61,118 nucleotides of DNA from positions 1 to 61,118 of the forward strand of contig JAGYMW010000001.1 of NCBI GenBank assembly GCA_018400435.1. Reading direction: 5' to 3'. This DNA is from Bacillota bacterium (GTDB lineage Bacteria > Bacillota > Dethiobacteria > DTU022). Below the pieces are notes generated by a model, which did no database searches, had not been told where the DNA came from, and saw nothing but the letters and a program-made list of their open reading frames with translations. This document shows, piece after piece, positions 28,160 through 38,409 of the stretch (positions are counted from its first letter, which is position 1; every line of letters begins with the position of its first letter). The position numbers were made by a program, and so were the translations under genes.

Positions 28160-28226
28160 CAATAGCACTATAATCGTTATAATATCTTTAGTTATGATTT
28201 AAAAATAACGCAAGGAGGAGTTTTTC

Positions 28227-28640
28227 ATCAAGAAGGAAATAAAGGTTGGCAGTATTCTGGAGGGAGTGATTACCGGGATAACAAAATTTGGAGCCTTTGT
28301 GGAGCTGCCTGGTGGAACAACAGGCCTTGTCCATATATCCGAAATAGCGGACGAGTACGTAAAAGACATCAATGATTTTTTCAAGAAAGCGGACAAGGTG
28401 AAAGTTAAGGTTCTCTCGGTAGAAAGCAATGGGAAAGTAGGTCTTTCAATCAGACAAGCTGTGGAAGGATACACGCCGAATAAAAAGAACAACCGGAATA
28501 AACCCGATACGGTAAAAAAGGCCTCATTTGAAGACAAAATGAGCCGTTTTCTCAAGGAAAGCGATGAACGCCTGCTTGATCTGAAACGCAATACAGAATC
28601 GAAAAGAGGCGGCCGTGGTTCTTTCAGGGAAGCTTTTTAG
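28227..28640 (+). CDS. yabR: S1 RNA-binding domain protein YabR; start is probably non-canonical (ATC 28227)
   Basis: ..IKVGSILEGVITGITKFGAFVELPGGTTGLVHISEIADEYVKDI.. and the tail ..RNTESKRGGRG match YabR. The track's GTG 28266 would start inside the first S1 strand. See finding. Confidence 0.8.
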   Translation: MKKEIKVGSILEGVITGITKFGAFVELPGGTTGLVHISEIADEYVKDINDFFKKADKVKVKVLSVESNGKVGLSIRQAVEGYTPNKKNNRNKPDTVKKASFEDKMSRFLKESDERLLDLKRNTESKRGGRGSFREAF

Positions 28641-28675
28641 ATAGGATAACGTGAGTTCAGTGTTTAATCAAAAGG

Positions 28676-28700
28676 CACTCTGGATCAGGGTGTTTTTTTA
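28676..28700 (+). terminator. Intrinsic terminator after yabR
   Basis: CACTCTG-GAT-CAGGGTG, then TTTTTTT. Confidence 0.75.
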
Positions 28701-28743
28701 TCTTTCTAATATGACTCTTCACCTATCGACAGACAGGTAGTGA

Positions 28744-30159
28744 GTGCTCTTGAATCAACTGGGAAAAGTTAAGAGCTTTATCAAAGAACATAGATTATTA
28801 GCCGGTGGGGAAACAGTAGTTGTTGCTGTATCGGGGGGGCCGGATTCGCTTTGCCTGCTTCATATGCTCGGCAGAGCCCTTCCTGAATTAAAACTCAATA
28901 TTGTTGTTGCCCACCTTAACCACTGCCTCAGGCCCGAGGCGGGCGAAGAAGCTTCATTCGTTGAAAAAATTGCCGTCGACTGGTCTCTGCCTTTCGAAAT
29001 GAAAGCAATTAATATTCGTGCACTAAAAAGTGAGCGCCGGATTTCGGAAGAAGAAGCGGGACGCCTGGCCAGGTACAATTTATTCCGCGAGGTAGCGGCA
29101 AAATACCATGCAACTGCTGTAGTTCTTGGCCATCACCTTGATGACCAGGCCGAAACTGTGTTGTTGAATATAATCAGGGGTACCGGGGTTGACGGTTTAG
29201 CCGGAATTCTGCCCTGCCGCTATGAGGATGGGCTAAAGTTCCTGAGGCCCCTTCTTTGCCTTACCAGGAAGGAAATTGAAGCATATTGTACCACTAAAGG
29301 TCTTCAGCCTTGCACCGACAGTAGTAATCTGGAGACCAATTATACCCGCAATAAACTGCGCCTTGAACTGATACCAAGACTGGAAAGTGAATTCAACCCC
29401 CGCATACGTGAATCTCTTTCAGGCCTGGCCTCGCTTGCTTTAAAAGATCGATTGTTTATGGAAAATATGACCGAAAGGTACAGCCTCAGGTTGATGATGG
29501 GTGGAGGAAATAAAACGGTTGTTGAGAGAGCCGCTTTGATGACTTTGCCGGAAGCTTTGCGCGGTCGTGTATTAAGGAGGATTTTGGAAAAAAGCGGTTT
29601 GACAGAAGCTCCGGGCAGAGAGCACACTGAAGCACTGCTTGGTACATTAAAGGAAGGCAGGAGAGGTTGGATCTATACCCTTCCGGGAGCGGTCCATATT
29701 TATGATGACGGCCGTTTCCTCCGGTTTTTTAAAAAAGTCGAACCGCAGCAATTATCATCGGTCCGGATTCAGCTTATTCTTCCCGGGCGTACAGTGATAC
29801 CGGGAAAGGGTTCTGTAACAGCTCGCATTGTTAAGCCGGATCAGCTTACCTGGCCGCCTCCATCCTGCTTGGCCTATCTTGATTATGATAAGATTGTCCA
29901 TAAAAAGCTGGCCATTCGATTCCGCTGGACGGGGGCGCGGTTTCATCCTCAAGGTGCTTCCGGCAGCAGAAAGCTGAAGAAATTTTTTATTGATCAGAAA
30001 ATACCGGCTCCGGAAAGAGCTTCAGTACCGCTCCTGACGGCTGGAGGCGAAATAATCTGGATAGTTGGAAAGAGGATTGCCCATCCATATCGGGTCACGG
30101 GAGAAACAGAGCGGGTTTTATTCCTGGAATACAGGGTTTTTAAAAAACGGCGGTTTTAA
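28744..30159 (+). CDS. tilS: tRNA(Ile)-lysidine synthetase
   Basis: PP-loop VAVSGGPDSLCLLH, and ..HLNHCLR..HHLDDQAET.. Conserved tilS-hpt-ftsH order. Confidence 0.9.
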   Translation: MLLNQLGKVKSFIKEHRLLAGGETVVVAVSGGPDSLCLLHMLGRALPELKLNIVVAHLNHCLRPEAGEEASFVEKIAVDWSLPFEMKAINIRALKSERRISEEEAGRLARYNLFREVAAKYHATAVVLGHHLDDQAETVLLNIIRGTGVDGLAGILPCRYEDGLKFLRPLLCLTRKEIEAYCTTKGLQPCTDSSNLETNYTRNKLRLELIPRLESEFNPRIRESLSGLASLALKDRLFMENMTERYSLRLMMGGGNKTVVERAALMTLPEALRGRVLRRILEKSGLTEAPGREHTEALLGTLKEGRRGWIYTLPGAVHIYDDGRFLRFFKKVEPQQLSSVRIQLILPGRTVIPGKGSVTARIVKPDQLTWPPPSCLAYLDYDKIVHKKLAIRFRWTGARFHPQGASGSRKLKKFFIDQKIPAPERASVPLLTAGGEIIWIVGKRIAHPYRVTGETERVLFLEYRVFKKRRF

Positions 30160-30280
30160 AAGGTGAAAAGAAGACATTCTGGTGGAACAGATCGGTTTTA
30201 TGGATCCTGGATTCGGAAGCTGTTTCTGCTGCACGACTCGGGACTGACCCGGGTAAAAAAACGGGAAAGGTGGCAATCAG

Positions 30281-30805
30281 ATGGTAGAAGAGAGGTTGGA
30301 AGTAATGCTTAGTGCAGAAGAAATTGGGAAGAGAGTCCGGGAAATGGCCTCCAAAATTTCAGCTGATTATAAAGGTCGAAAACCTCTCCTGATCGGGGTA
30401 TTAAAAGGAGCGGTGATCTTTTTGAGCGATCTGATCCGTAGCCTTGATATACCGGTGGAAATTGATTTCATGGCTGTCTCAAGCTATGGTGCCGATACGG
30501 CTTCCTCAGGTGTAGTACGCATACAAAAGGACCTTGATCGGAGTATCAAGGATAAGGATGTTTTGATCATTGAGGATATTGTCGATACCGGTCTTACACT
30601 CAGCTATCTCAAGGAAAATTTAAGCAGCCGTCAGCCAAAAACATTGAAAGTGGCAACTCTTCTTGATAAACCGGAACGCCGTGAAGTAGTTTTTGATCCC
30701 GATTATTGCGGATTTACCATCCCCGATCGTTTTGTCATCGGGTATGGATTGGATTACAATGAGGATTATCGTCAGCTAGCCGATCTGTGTATCTTGAAAG
30801 CCTGA
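30281..30805 (+). CDS. hpt: Hypoxanthine(-guanine) phosphoribosyltransferase
   Basis: ..LIGVLKGAVIFLSDL.., PRPP motif VLIIEDIVDTGLTL, and ..IGYGLDY.E.YR.L. Confidence 0.95.
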   Translation: MVEERLEVMLSAEEIGKRVREMASKISADYKGRKPLLIGVLKGAVIFLSDLIRSLDIPVEIDFMAVSSYGADTASSGVVRIQKDLDRSIKDKDVLIIEDIVDTGLTLSYLKENLSSRQPKTLKVATLLDKPERREVVFDPDYCGFTIPDRFVIGYGLDYNEDYRQLADLCILKA

Positions 30806-30928
30806 TCAAGAATAAATGAGCCTGATATTATTTATTTGGCAGGATCATGTTTTAATTGCTTATGGCCAGCCGGTATGTTAAAATCAAGGCTAGGCTTTGC
30901 GAGCTTTGTACGGAGAGGAGGTTACGTA

Positions 30929-32986
30929 TTGAGCCCTTTTTTGAGACAAATTACATTCTACCTTGTCATAGCCCTGGTAGTAATTGTATTACTTTCTACG
31001 TTCAATACCGGTACTGCACCGGAAGAAATAAGTTATGATCTATTTGTCCGCAATTTGGAAAGCGGTCAAGTGGAAAAGGTTGATATGTATGGCAATGAAG
31101 TTGAAGCGATTCTTACTGATGGGACTGTTGTTACCACCTATCGCCCCGATGACCACAACCTGACCGAACTGCTGCTGGGAAATGAAGTGGTTTATGATAC
31201 CAATCCGGCACGCGGTCCAAGCTGGTGGCAGAGCGCTCTGACCTATCTGATCCCCTTTCTGCTGTTAATAGGTATTTTCTTTTTCTTTATGCAGCAGACT
31301 CAGGGCGGTGGTAACAAGGTAATGAATTTTGGCAAGAGCAAAGCCCGCCTGCAGGAAGGGGAGAAAAAGAAGGCTACTTTTAAAGATGTAGCCGGTGCTG
31401 ACGAAGAAAGGGCGGAGCTTTCCGAAGTGGTTGATTTTTTGAAAGATCCGCGTAAATATATCGAAATTGGTGCCCGTATCCCCAAAGGAATTCTGCTTGT
31501 TGGGCCACCGGGAACTGGTAAAACACTGCTGGCCCGTGCTGTTGCCGGCGAAGCCGGCGTTCCCTTTTTCAGTATCAGTGGATCTGATTTCGTTGAAATG
31601 TTCGTTGGAGTGGGAGCCTCACGCGTCAGGGATATGTTCGAAAATGCCAAGAAAAACTCACCCTGCATTGTATTCATTGATGAAATTGATGCTGTGGGGC
31701 GGCAGCGCGGCGCCGGTCTGGGCGGCGGGCACGACGAACGGGAACAAACTCTGAACCAGCTCCTGGTCGAAATGGACGGTTTTGATGTCAATGAAGGTAT
31801 TATTATCATTGCCGCTACCAACAGGCCTGACATTCTTGATCCGGCCCTTCTTCGCCCCGGTCGATTCGACCGTCAAATTACGGTTGGACTGCCGGATGTT
31901 AAGGGACGGGAAGAGATATTGAGGGTGCATTCAAAGAATAAACCGCTCGCCGAGGGAGTGGATTTAAAAATAGTCGCCCGCGGCACACCCGGTTTTACCG
32001 GTGCAGATCTGGAAAATGTTGTTAATGAGGCGGCCCTCCTGACGGCACGTATTTCCGAAAAACAGATAAGTATGACAGAAATGGAAGAAGCTGTGGAGAG
32101 AGTGGTAGCCGGAACACAGAAAAAAAGCCGGGTTATCAGCGCTTTTGAGAAAAAGATAGTTGGCTATCACGAGGCGGGACATGCCCTGGTCGGTTATCTT
32201 CTGCCTCATACTGACCCGGTGCACAAAGTATCGATTATCCCGCGCGGTCGGGCCGGTGGTTACACGCTGATGTTTCCAGAAGAAGATAGATACTATATGA
32301 CCCGATCCGAATTGCTGGATCGGGTAAGCACCCTCCTCGGCGGAAGGGTAGCCGAGAAACTGGTGCTTAATGACATCAGCACCGGTGCTCAGAATGACCT
32401 GGAGAGGGCTACTCAAATAGTTAGGCAGATGATCATGGAATACGGCATGAGTGATGCCCTCGGTCCGATTACCCTGGGCAAGAAGCACGATCAGATTTTC
32501 CTGGGCCGAGATCTGGCACGGGATCGTGATTACAGTGAAGAAATTGCCAAGGCAATCGATCAAGAAGTCAGGAAAACCATGGATAATTGTTACCAGATTG
32601 CCGAGGATATCCTGGAAAAAGAACGGGATAAGCTGGAGAAGATAGCCGTGGCCTTAATGGAAAAAGAGACTCTTGATGCCGAGGAAATAAAAGCCCTAGT
32701 TGAGGGGAAAGAATTGCCGGCAGAGGAAGAGCAAGAGGATCAGGAAGAGTGGAAGCTTAACGAGTCGCAAAAAGAGGAAGATATTTCTGACAGTGATGAT
32801 GACGAAGTGGAAGCGACGAGGCCTGATATTCAAGAGAATACCAGGACCAAGCAGACTTCATCAATCGGTGAGAGGGTTTCTTCCGATGTGCCAAAAACAG
32901 AAATATTAAAGAAAAATAAAGAGAATCGGGCTTCTTTCCAACAGCAGCCCGGTGATCAGAAAGAAAAACCGGAGGAAGAATTGTAG
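30929..32986 (+). CDS. ftsH: ATP-dependent zinc metalloprotease FtsH with a roughly 90-aa acidic/low-complexity C-terminal extension
   Basis: [28 protein letters not shown], and zinc site HEAGHAL. TTG 30929 lies 7 nt after GGAGAGGAGG. The track extension from 30836 is rejected. Confidence 0.95.
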   Translation: MSPFLRQITFYLVIALVVIVLLSTFNTGTAPEEISYDLFVRNLESGQVEKVDMYGNEVEAILTDGTVVTTYRPDDHNLTELLLGNEVVYDTNPARGPSWWQSALTYLIPFLLLIGIFFFFMQQTQGGGNKVMNFGKSKARLQEGEKKKATFKDVAGADEERAELSEVVDFLKDPRKYIEIGARIPKGILLVGPPGTGKTLLARAVAGEAGVPFFSISGSDFVEMFVGVGASRVRDMFENAKKNSPCIVFIDEIDAVGRQRGAGLGGGHDEREQTLNQLLVEMDGFDVNEGIIIIAATNRPDILDPALLRPGRFDRQITVGLPDVKGREEILRVHSKNKPLAEGVDLKIVARGTPGFTGADLENVVNEAALLTARISEKQISMTEMEEAVERVVAGTQKKSRVISAFEKKIVGYHEAGHALVGYLLPHTDPVHKVSIIPRGRAGGYTLMFPEEDRYYMTRSELLDRVSTLLGGRVAEKLVLNDISTGAQNDLERATQIVRQMIMEYGMSDALGPITLGKKHDQIFLGRDLARDRDYSEEIAKAIDQEVRKTMDNCYQIAEDILEKERDKLEKIAVALMEKETLDAEEIKALVEGKELPAEEEQEDQEEWKLNESQKEEDISDSDDDEVEATRPDIQENTRTKQTSSIGERVSSDVPKTEILKKNKENRASFQQQPGDQKEKPEEEL

Positions 32987-33012
32987 GGAGCCCTTTAAGG
33001 CTCCTTTTTATT
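32987..33012 (+). terminator. Intrinsic terminator after ftsH
   Basis: GGGAGCC-CTTTAA-GGCTCC, then TTTTTATT. Confidence 0.8.
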
Positions 33013-33041
33013 ATCAGGAAAAGGTGTTGAAAGATCGAATC

Positions 33042-33992
33042 ATGACCGGCGGCTTAACGGATATAGAGGGCATTAAAGTAGGAGTGGTTTCCAACAACGA
33101 AGCGGCTACCGGGTTAACCGTTGTTCTCGTTGAAGAAGGAGCGAGGGCGGCAGTGGAAGTACGGGGGTCAGCTCCGGGAACCAGGGAAACTGACTTGCTC
33201 GTGCCGGGACGACTCGTTCAATCTGTTCAGGCGATTATGCTGTCCGGAGGGAGTGCCTTTGGGCTTGATGCCGCTTCAGGTGTGGTCAGGTATCTGGAGG
33301 AACATGAAAAAGGATTTCCGGTCGGCGGCATTCGCGTCCCCATTGTACCGGCAGCCGTAATTTTTGACCTTTTCCTTGGCGACAGCACCGTGCGTCCGGA
33401 TACCGAAATGGGCTACCAGGCCTGTGTTGTTGCAACAGCTGGTCCCGTTCCGGAAGGTTCGGTCGGTGTCGGAACCGGTGCCACTGTAGCCAAATACTAC
33501 GGTATGCCTGGTGCAGTAAAGTCCGGCCAGGGTTCGGCTGCAGTCTGCAGCGGTCCTCTCATCGTTGCTGCCCTGGTAGTAGTCAATGCATTCGGGGATA
33601 TATATGATCGAAACGGGCATTTGCTGGCTGGTCCTCGAAACCCGGAAAGCGGTTCAATGGAAAATACAGCAGAACTTTTAAAAAAAGCTGGCGCTGTTGG
33701 AAGTGGAGACAATACAACTCTCGCTGTTGTAGCAACCAATGCTTCCCTGGATGGACCCGCCCTGACCAAAGTCTGCCAGCTTGCCCATGATGGGTTTGCC
33801 CGATCGATCTGGCCGGTTCATACCATGTGGGATGGTGATACCGTATTTGCCATTTCAGAAGGTAATCTTTCCGCTGATGTCAGTCTGGTGGGCATAATGG
33901 CTGCAGAAGCAGTAAGTATAGCCATAGAAAGGGCTGTTCAAAAGGCATCTTCTCTCCTGGGCATACCGGCGCTCTGTGACCTGGCAGAATAA
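33042..33992 (+). CDS. P1/S58-family (DmpA-like) aminopeptidase
   Basis: LTDIEGIKVG..TGLTVVL.., and ..GDNTTLAVVATNA.. (Ntn self-processing site context). Confidence 0.75.
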   Translation: MTGGLTDIEGIKVGVVSNNEAATGLTVVLVEEGARAAVEVRGSAPGTRETDLLVPGRLVQSVQAIMLSGGSAFGLDAASGVVRYLEEHEKGFPVGGIRVPIVPAAVIFDLFLGDSTVRPDTEMGYQACVVATAGPVPEGSVGVGTGATVAKYYGMPGAVKSGQGSAAVCSGPLIVAALVVVNAFGDIYDRNGHLLAGPRNPESGSMENTAELLKKAGAVGSGDNTTLAVVATNASLDGPALTKVCQLAHDGFARSIWPVHTMWDGDTVFAISEGNLSADVSLVGIMAAEAVSIAIERAVQKASSLLGIPALCDLAE

Positions 33993-34188
33993 CTTTCCAG
34001 GAAGCCGGATATTCCTGATTTGTCGTTGTAAAGAGTTGCCATGATCGATTTCCCCTCAATTTAACCAATTAAGTGCAATATATAAACGGAATGGAGCAGG
34101 AATTAAAGCCGTTTTGTTGAATAAAAGTTATTATCTGTGGGGAATGTAGAATGAGAGTATAAGTATAAACATTAAGGAGGTTTTTTGT

Positions 34189-35952
34189 ATGCCATTGGAT
34201 CCGACAAAACATGCTGATTGGGAAATAGCTGAGGCCGCAGAATCAAATATGAAAAATGTATATCAGTTAGCTGAGGAACTGGGCCTCGACAAAGAGGAAC
34301 TGCTTCCTCACGGTCACTACGTGGCCAAGGTTGATTACAAAAAAGTACTGGAGAGATTAAAGGATCAACCTGACGGAAAGTATATTGACGTAACGGCGAT
34401 TACTCCAACTCCGCTTGGAGAAGGAAAATCAACATCGACTATGGGGTTGACTCAGGGCCTGGGCAAACGTGGGAAAAAAGTTATGGCGGCCATCCGCCAG
34501 CCTTCCGGTGGTCCAACCATGAATGTAAAAGGTTCAGCTGCCGGTGGAGGACTCTCACAGTGTATTCCCCTTACACCATTCTCACTCGGTTTGACCGGCG
34601 ACATAAATGCGATCATGAATGCCCACAACCTGGCTATGGTTGCTGTGACCTCGCGGTTGCAGCATGAATTTAACTCTACTGATGCTTTCCTGGAAAGAAA
34701 CAATGTAAAAAGGTTAAATATCGATCCACGCAATGTGGAAATGAAATGGATTATCGATTTTTGTGCTCAGGCACTCCGTAATATTATTATAGGACTGGGC
34801 GGTAGAAAAGACGGTTTAATGATGAGCTCAGGCTTTGCCATTGCTGTTTCCTCAGAGGTGATGGCCATTCTGGCTGTAGCAAAGGACTTAAAAGATATGC
34901 GGGAGAGAATGGGCAGGATTGTTGTTGCCTATGACAAGCGAGGCAAGCCGGTCACTACCGAGGATCTGGATGTTGCCGGTGCGATGACTGCCTGGATGGT
35001 TGATGCTATTAATCCAAACCTCCTTCAAACAATCGAGGGGCAGCCGGTCCTGGTGCATGCCGGGCCTTTTGCCAATATTGCTATTGGACAATCTTCAATC
35101 ATTGCCGACCGGATCGGTTTAAAATTAAGTGACTACCATATTACCGAATCTGGTTTTGCCGCAGATATTGGTTTTGAAAAATTCTGGAACCTGAAATGCC
35201 GTATGTCTGGCCTTACTCCCCAATGTGCAGTGCTCGTAGCTACTATTAGAGCACTGAAATGTCACGGCGGTGCTCCACTGCCGTTGCCAGGACAGCCGCT
35301 TGATCCGGCTTACAACGAGGAAAATCTCAAGTGGGTGGAAAAAGGTTGTGAAAACCTTATTCACCATATCAAGACGATTAAAAAATCCGGTATCAGTCCG
35401 GTGGTTTGCCTCAATCATTTCCACACCGATACTGATAACGAAATCAAGCTTGTCCGCCGTATGGCTGAAGAAGCTGGAGCCAGGGTTGCTCTTTCCAAGC
35501 ACTGGCAGTACGGGGGTGAGGGTGCTCTTGAATTTGCCGATGCTGTTATTGAAGCATGCGAAGAAAAGAACGATTTTAAATTCCTCTATGAACTCGATAC
35601 CCCCCTCCGGGATCGTATTGATCTTATTGCCAGGGAAGTTTACGGTGCAGACGGTGTGGAATACTCTGCCGAAGCCCTTGAAAAAGCGAAGAAAATGGAA
35701 GAAGATCCTAAATTCCAGAAAATGGGCACCTGCATGGTCAAAACTCACCTCAGTCTAACCGACAATCCCATGTTGAAAGGTGTACCGAAAGGCTGGAAGC
35801 TTTTCGTTCGTGATATCCTTACTTACGGAGGAGCCGATTTCGTTGTCCCGGTGGCCGGTGCAATTTCGTTGATGCCGGGAACTGCTGCTAATCCGGCTTA
35901 CCGCAAGGTTGATGTAGACGTGGAGACCGGCAAGGTTCAGGGACTGTTCTAA
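34189..35952 (+). CDS. fhs: Formate--tetrahydrofolate ligase (long, divergent form)
   Basis: ..[15 protein letters not shown].., ..[15 protein letters not shown].., ..[12 protein letters not shown].. and C-terminal ..GKVQGLF. Confidence 0.9.
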   Translation: MPLDPTKHADWEIAEAAESNMKNVYQLAEELGLDKEELLPHGHYVAKVDYKKVLERLKDQPDGKYIDVTAITPTPLGEGKSTSTMGLTQGLGKRGKKVMAAIRQPSGGPTMNVKGSAAGGGLSQCIPLTPFSLGLTGDINAIMNAHNLAMVAVTSRLQHEFNSTDAFLERNNVKRLNIDPRNVEMKWIIDFCAQALRNIIIGLGGRKDGLMMSSGFAIAVSSEVMAILAVAKDLKDMRERMGRIVVAYDKRGKPVTTEDLDVAGAMTAWMVDAINPNLLQTIEGQPVLVHAGPFANIAIGQSSIIADRIGLKLSDYHITESGFAADIGFEKFWNLKCRMSGLTPQCAVLVATIRALKCHGGAPLPLPGQPLDPAYNEENLKWVEKGCENLIHHIKTIKKSGISPVVCLNHFHTDTDNEIKLVRRMAEEAGARVALSKHWQYGGEGALEFADAVIEACEEKNDFKFLYELDTPLRDRIDLIAREVYGADGVEYSAEALEKAKKMEEDPKFQKMGTCMVKTHLSLTDNPMLKGVPKGWKLFVRDILTYGGADFVVPVAGAISLMPGTAANPAYRKVDVDVETGKVQGLF

Positions 35953-35999
35953 GTAGAAGGTTATTTGACTGTTGCATCAAGTTAGCATTGATTAATTAA

Positions 36000-36072
36000 G
36001 ACGGGACGCCCGCGGGGGTGTCCCGTCTTCTGTGGGAGGTCGGCTGACCCACTAAGGGTCAGCCTCCTACCC
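36000..36072. terminator. Two GC-rich hairpins between convergent fhs and folK
   Basis: GACGGGAC-12 nt-GTCCCGTC (36000-36027) and GGCTGACCC-ACTAA-GGGTCAGCC, extendable (36034-36072). U-tracts are poor. Confidence 0.55.
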
Positions 36073-36228
36073 GATTTGCTCTATCTGCTGGAGTTAATCT
36101 CGTGCTGAAGAGCTATGAGAATAGCAGAGAAAACCGTTTTCCGGGGCATTGTCTGTGCCGTGAGATGAAATCTAGAAGAATTTTTGGGCAGAATTCCGGT
36201 CTGTCTAACTAGTAATGGGGAGAGGATG

Positions 36229-36753
36229 TTAAACTGAATTATTAATAAACCAGTTTGCGGGAAGGTAATAGCGGACATCTTCGTCAGACAGGCATTCTGA
36301 TAAAAGTTTGCGGATTGTTATGCCCAGGCCCGGGATAGCTAGATTGGGGGCAATATCTGCCAGGGGAATAAGAACAAAACATCTTTCACTCAGACGTGGA
36401 TGGGGTAGGGTAAGTAGAGTAGTGTTTATTACCGCATCTTCATAAACCAGCAGATCCAGATCGATTGTCCTGGGCCCCCATCTTTCTATTCTGATTCTGC
36501 CGATCCGGTTTTCCACATCAAGCATTGCCTGCATCAGGGTTTCCGGGGGAAGGGTGGTCAGGAGGGAGGCACAGGCATTGAGATAATATCCCTGGGCGGG
36601 ACCTCCCACCGGTTCAGTCTCATAAACCGGCGAAACCGCCTTAATTTTAATTGCGGGAACCTGGGCAAGTAAAGTCAACGATTGTCGTAAATTGCTCAAA
36701 CGACTGCCGAGGTTTGAACCGAGCCCGATATAAGCATGTTTTTCGGTGATCAT
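36229..36753 (-). CDS. folK: 2-amino-4-hydroxy-6-hydroxymethyldihydropteridine pyrophosphokinase
   Basis: AYIGLGSNLG.., ..YETEPVG.., ..RWGPRTIDLDLL.. and LTLPHPR. Confidence 0.9.
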   Translation of the reverse strand: MITEKHAYIGLGSNLGSRLSNLRQSLTLLAQVPAIKIKAVSPVYETEPVGGPAQGYYLNACASLLTTLPPETLMQAMLDVENRIGRIRIERWGPRTIDLDLLVYEDAVINTTLLTLPHPRLSERCFVLIPLADIAPNLAIPGLGITIRKLLSECLSDEDVRYYLPANWFINNSV

Positions 36754-36815
36754 TAAAATATCAGGGCGGATTCAGCAAGGTTCGGCTGTCTGGTAGTTCC
36801 GCCTTATCTCCTTAT

Positions 36816-37175
36816 TTATAATTGCCTGCGGCGATTGACCATTACTCCTACTCCTCCTTGCACACCGGGCAAGGGAGGACTGGGTTTGCGAACTTCAACA
36901 GTTGTTTCCAGCACCCCGGGAAGAGACAGCAGTTTGTCCGCTATCCGGCAGGCAAGAGTTTCGAGAAGCCTGCAGGAGTCGCCGTACATCACTTGCTCGA
37001 TGGCCATTACCGCCTTACGGTAATCGGGAACTTTATCGATCTGGTCATCGTTGTGACCGGCCAGATCGATGCCCAGCTCTATACTGACCTGAAATTCTTG
37101 CCCGAGGCTGTTTTCTTCAGGAAGCACTCCATGGTAGGCATAGCAGGTAAAACCATCAATAATTATACGGTCCAA
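36816..37175 (-). CDS. folB: Dihydroneopterin aldolase
   Basis: ..YAYHGVLPEENSLGQEF.V...L.., ..DYRKA.. and the tail ..V.V.KP.PP. Confidence 0.85.
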   Translation of the reverse strand: MDRIIIDGFTCYAYHGVLPEENSLGQEFQVSIELGIDLAGHNDDQIDKVPDYRKAVMAIEQVMYGDSCRLLETLACRIADKLLSLPGVLETTVEVRKPSPPLPGVQGGVGVMVNRRRQL

Positions 37176-37182
37176 GTGGTTC

Positions 37183-38409
37183 TCACCTCCGAATCATGGC
37201 GTCGGTCATCACTGTCACCCTTTTCATCGGTAAAACGTCGTGAACCCTGACAATATCGGCTCCTGCAGCAATTCCGTAGGCTACGGTTGCTGCTGTACCT
37301 TCCATACGTTCATCTGTGGGAAGATCCAGCGTTTTTCCGATCATTGATTTCCGGGAAGTGCCAAGGAGCAGGGGGTACCCGAGGCGGCAGAATGTATTCA
37401 AATGCAGCATCACATCGAGATTTTGATGCAGATCTTTGCCAAAACCGATCCCGGGATCGATGATGATGTTTTTATCTTTGATACCGGCATTTTGAGCCAG
37501 GGCAATTGATTCCTCAATTTCAGCAATAATATCGGCAACAAGATCGTCATAATCTGTGCTATTTCGGTTATGCATCAGGCAGATTGGCACATCGAAATGC
37601 GCGGCAACTGTTCCAAGGTGCGGGTCAGCTTTTAAGCCCCAGACATCATTTAACATTTCAACTCCGGAGGCTAGAGCTTGTTCCGCTACTTTCGCTTTAT
37701 AAGTGTCTATTGAAAGTGGTAGTTTGAAAGTCTGGTCTTTTTTTAAGGCTTTGATAACCGGCATAACCCGGTTCAGTTCGACTTCAGCATTTACCGGCAT
37801 AACTTGATTTATTCCGGTAGCGGCGTTAACTTTTATATGGCCCGGTCGGGTCGATTCCCCCCCGATATCAATAATATCAGCACCTTCTTCGGCCATACGG
37901 AACGCCTGGGTGAGAGCTTCATCAAGTTGATCAAAACGGCCGCCGTCGGAAAATGAATCGGGAGTCACATTAAGAATACCCATGATTAATGTTCTTTGAC
38001 CGAGTGGGAGGCGGTGGTGTCCGAGAAAAAAAGGTAAACGGTTCTTTCTGCTGCTTTTCGCCAGAGTGCCGTGGAGCAAGGCAGCCAGCTTCGCTGGTTT
38101 TTCTCCGCCTTGTCCCAGCTGTTCACAGAGATCATTGAGTTCATTTTCAGTACCGGCAATAACCGCTTCAAAGATTTGTTTCCGGTCGTCGGTTTTACCG
38201 AACATCACATTGTTATTTTCCAGAGCCGGCACTCTTTTGAGCACCGGTATGAGTTCCTGTGGCACATTCTTTAATCTGATAAAAATGGAATCAACCTGCC
38301 TGGCAAATTGTTCGCTTACCTCTGGAGAAAAACCCATTGCCGTGAGATCCGCAACAGTTTTTCCCGGTTCCAGGATGAGGATCTGGGCGGAAGAATTTCG
38401 TTCTTTCAA
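37183..38409 (-). CDS. folP: Dihydropteroate synthase with a roughly 135-aa N-terminal extension
   Basis: The core starts at ..TLIMGILNVTPDSFSDGG.., then DIGGESTRPG and ..GIGFGK.. Residues 1 to about 135 lie outside the canonical pterin-binding barrel. Confidence 0.9.
   Translation of the reverse strand: MKERNSSAQILILEPGKTVADLTAMGFSPEVSEQFARQVDSIFIRLKNVPQELIPVLKRVPALENNNVMFGKTDDRKQIFEAVIAGTENELNDLCEQLGQGGEKPAKLAALLHGTLAKSSRKNRLPFFLGHHRLPLGQRTLIMGILNVTPDSFSDGGRFDQLDEALTQAFRMAEEGADIIDIGGESTRPGHIKVNAATGINQVMPVNAEVELNRVMPVIKALKKDQTFKLPLSIDTYKAKVAEQALASGVEMLNDVWGLKADPHLGTVAAHFDVPICLMHNRNSTDYDDLVADIIAEIEESIALAQNAGIKDKNIIIDPGIGFGKDLHQNLDVMLHLNTFCRLGYPLLLGTSRKSMIGKTLDLPTDERMEGTAATVAYGIAAGADIVRVHDVLPMKRVTVMTDAMIRR

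Noticed and set aside
30160-30280. Purine riboswitch upstream of hpt.
   Set aside because: No UAUA..three-way-junction consensus. The sequence looks like a plain spacer.
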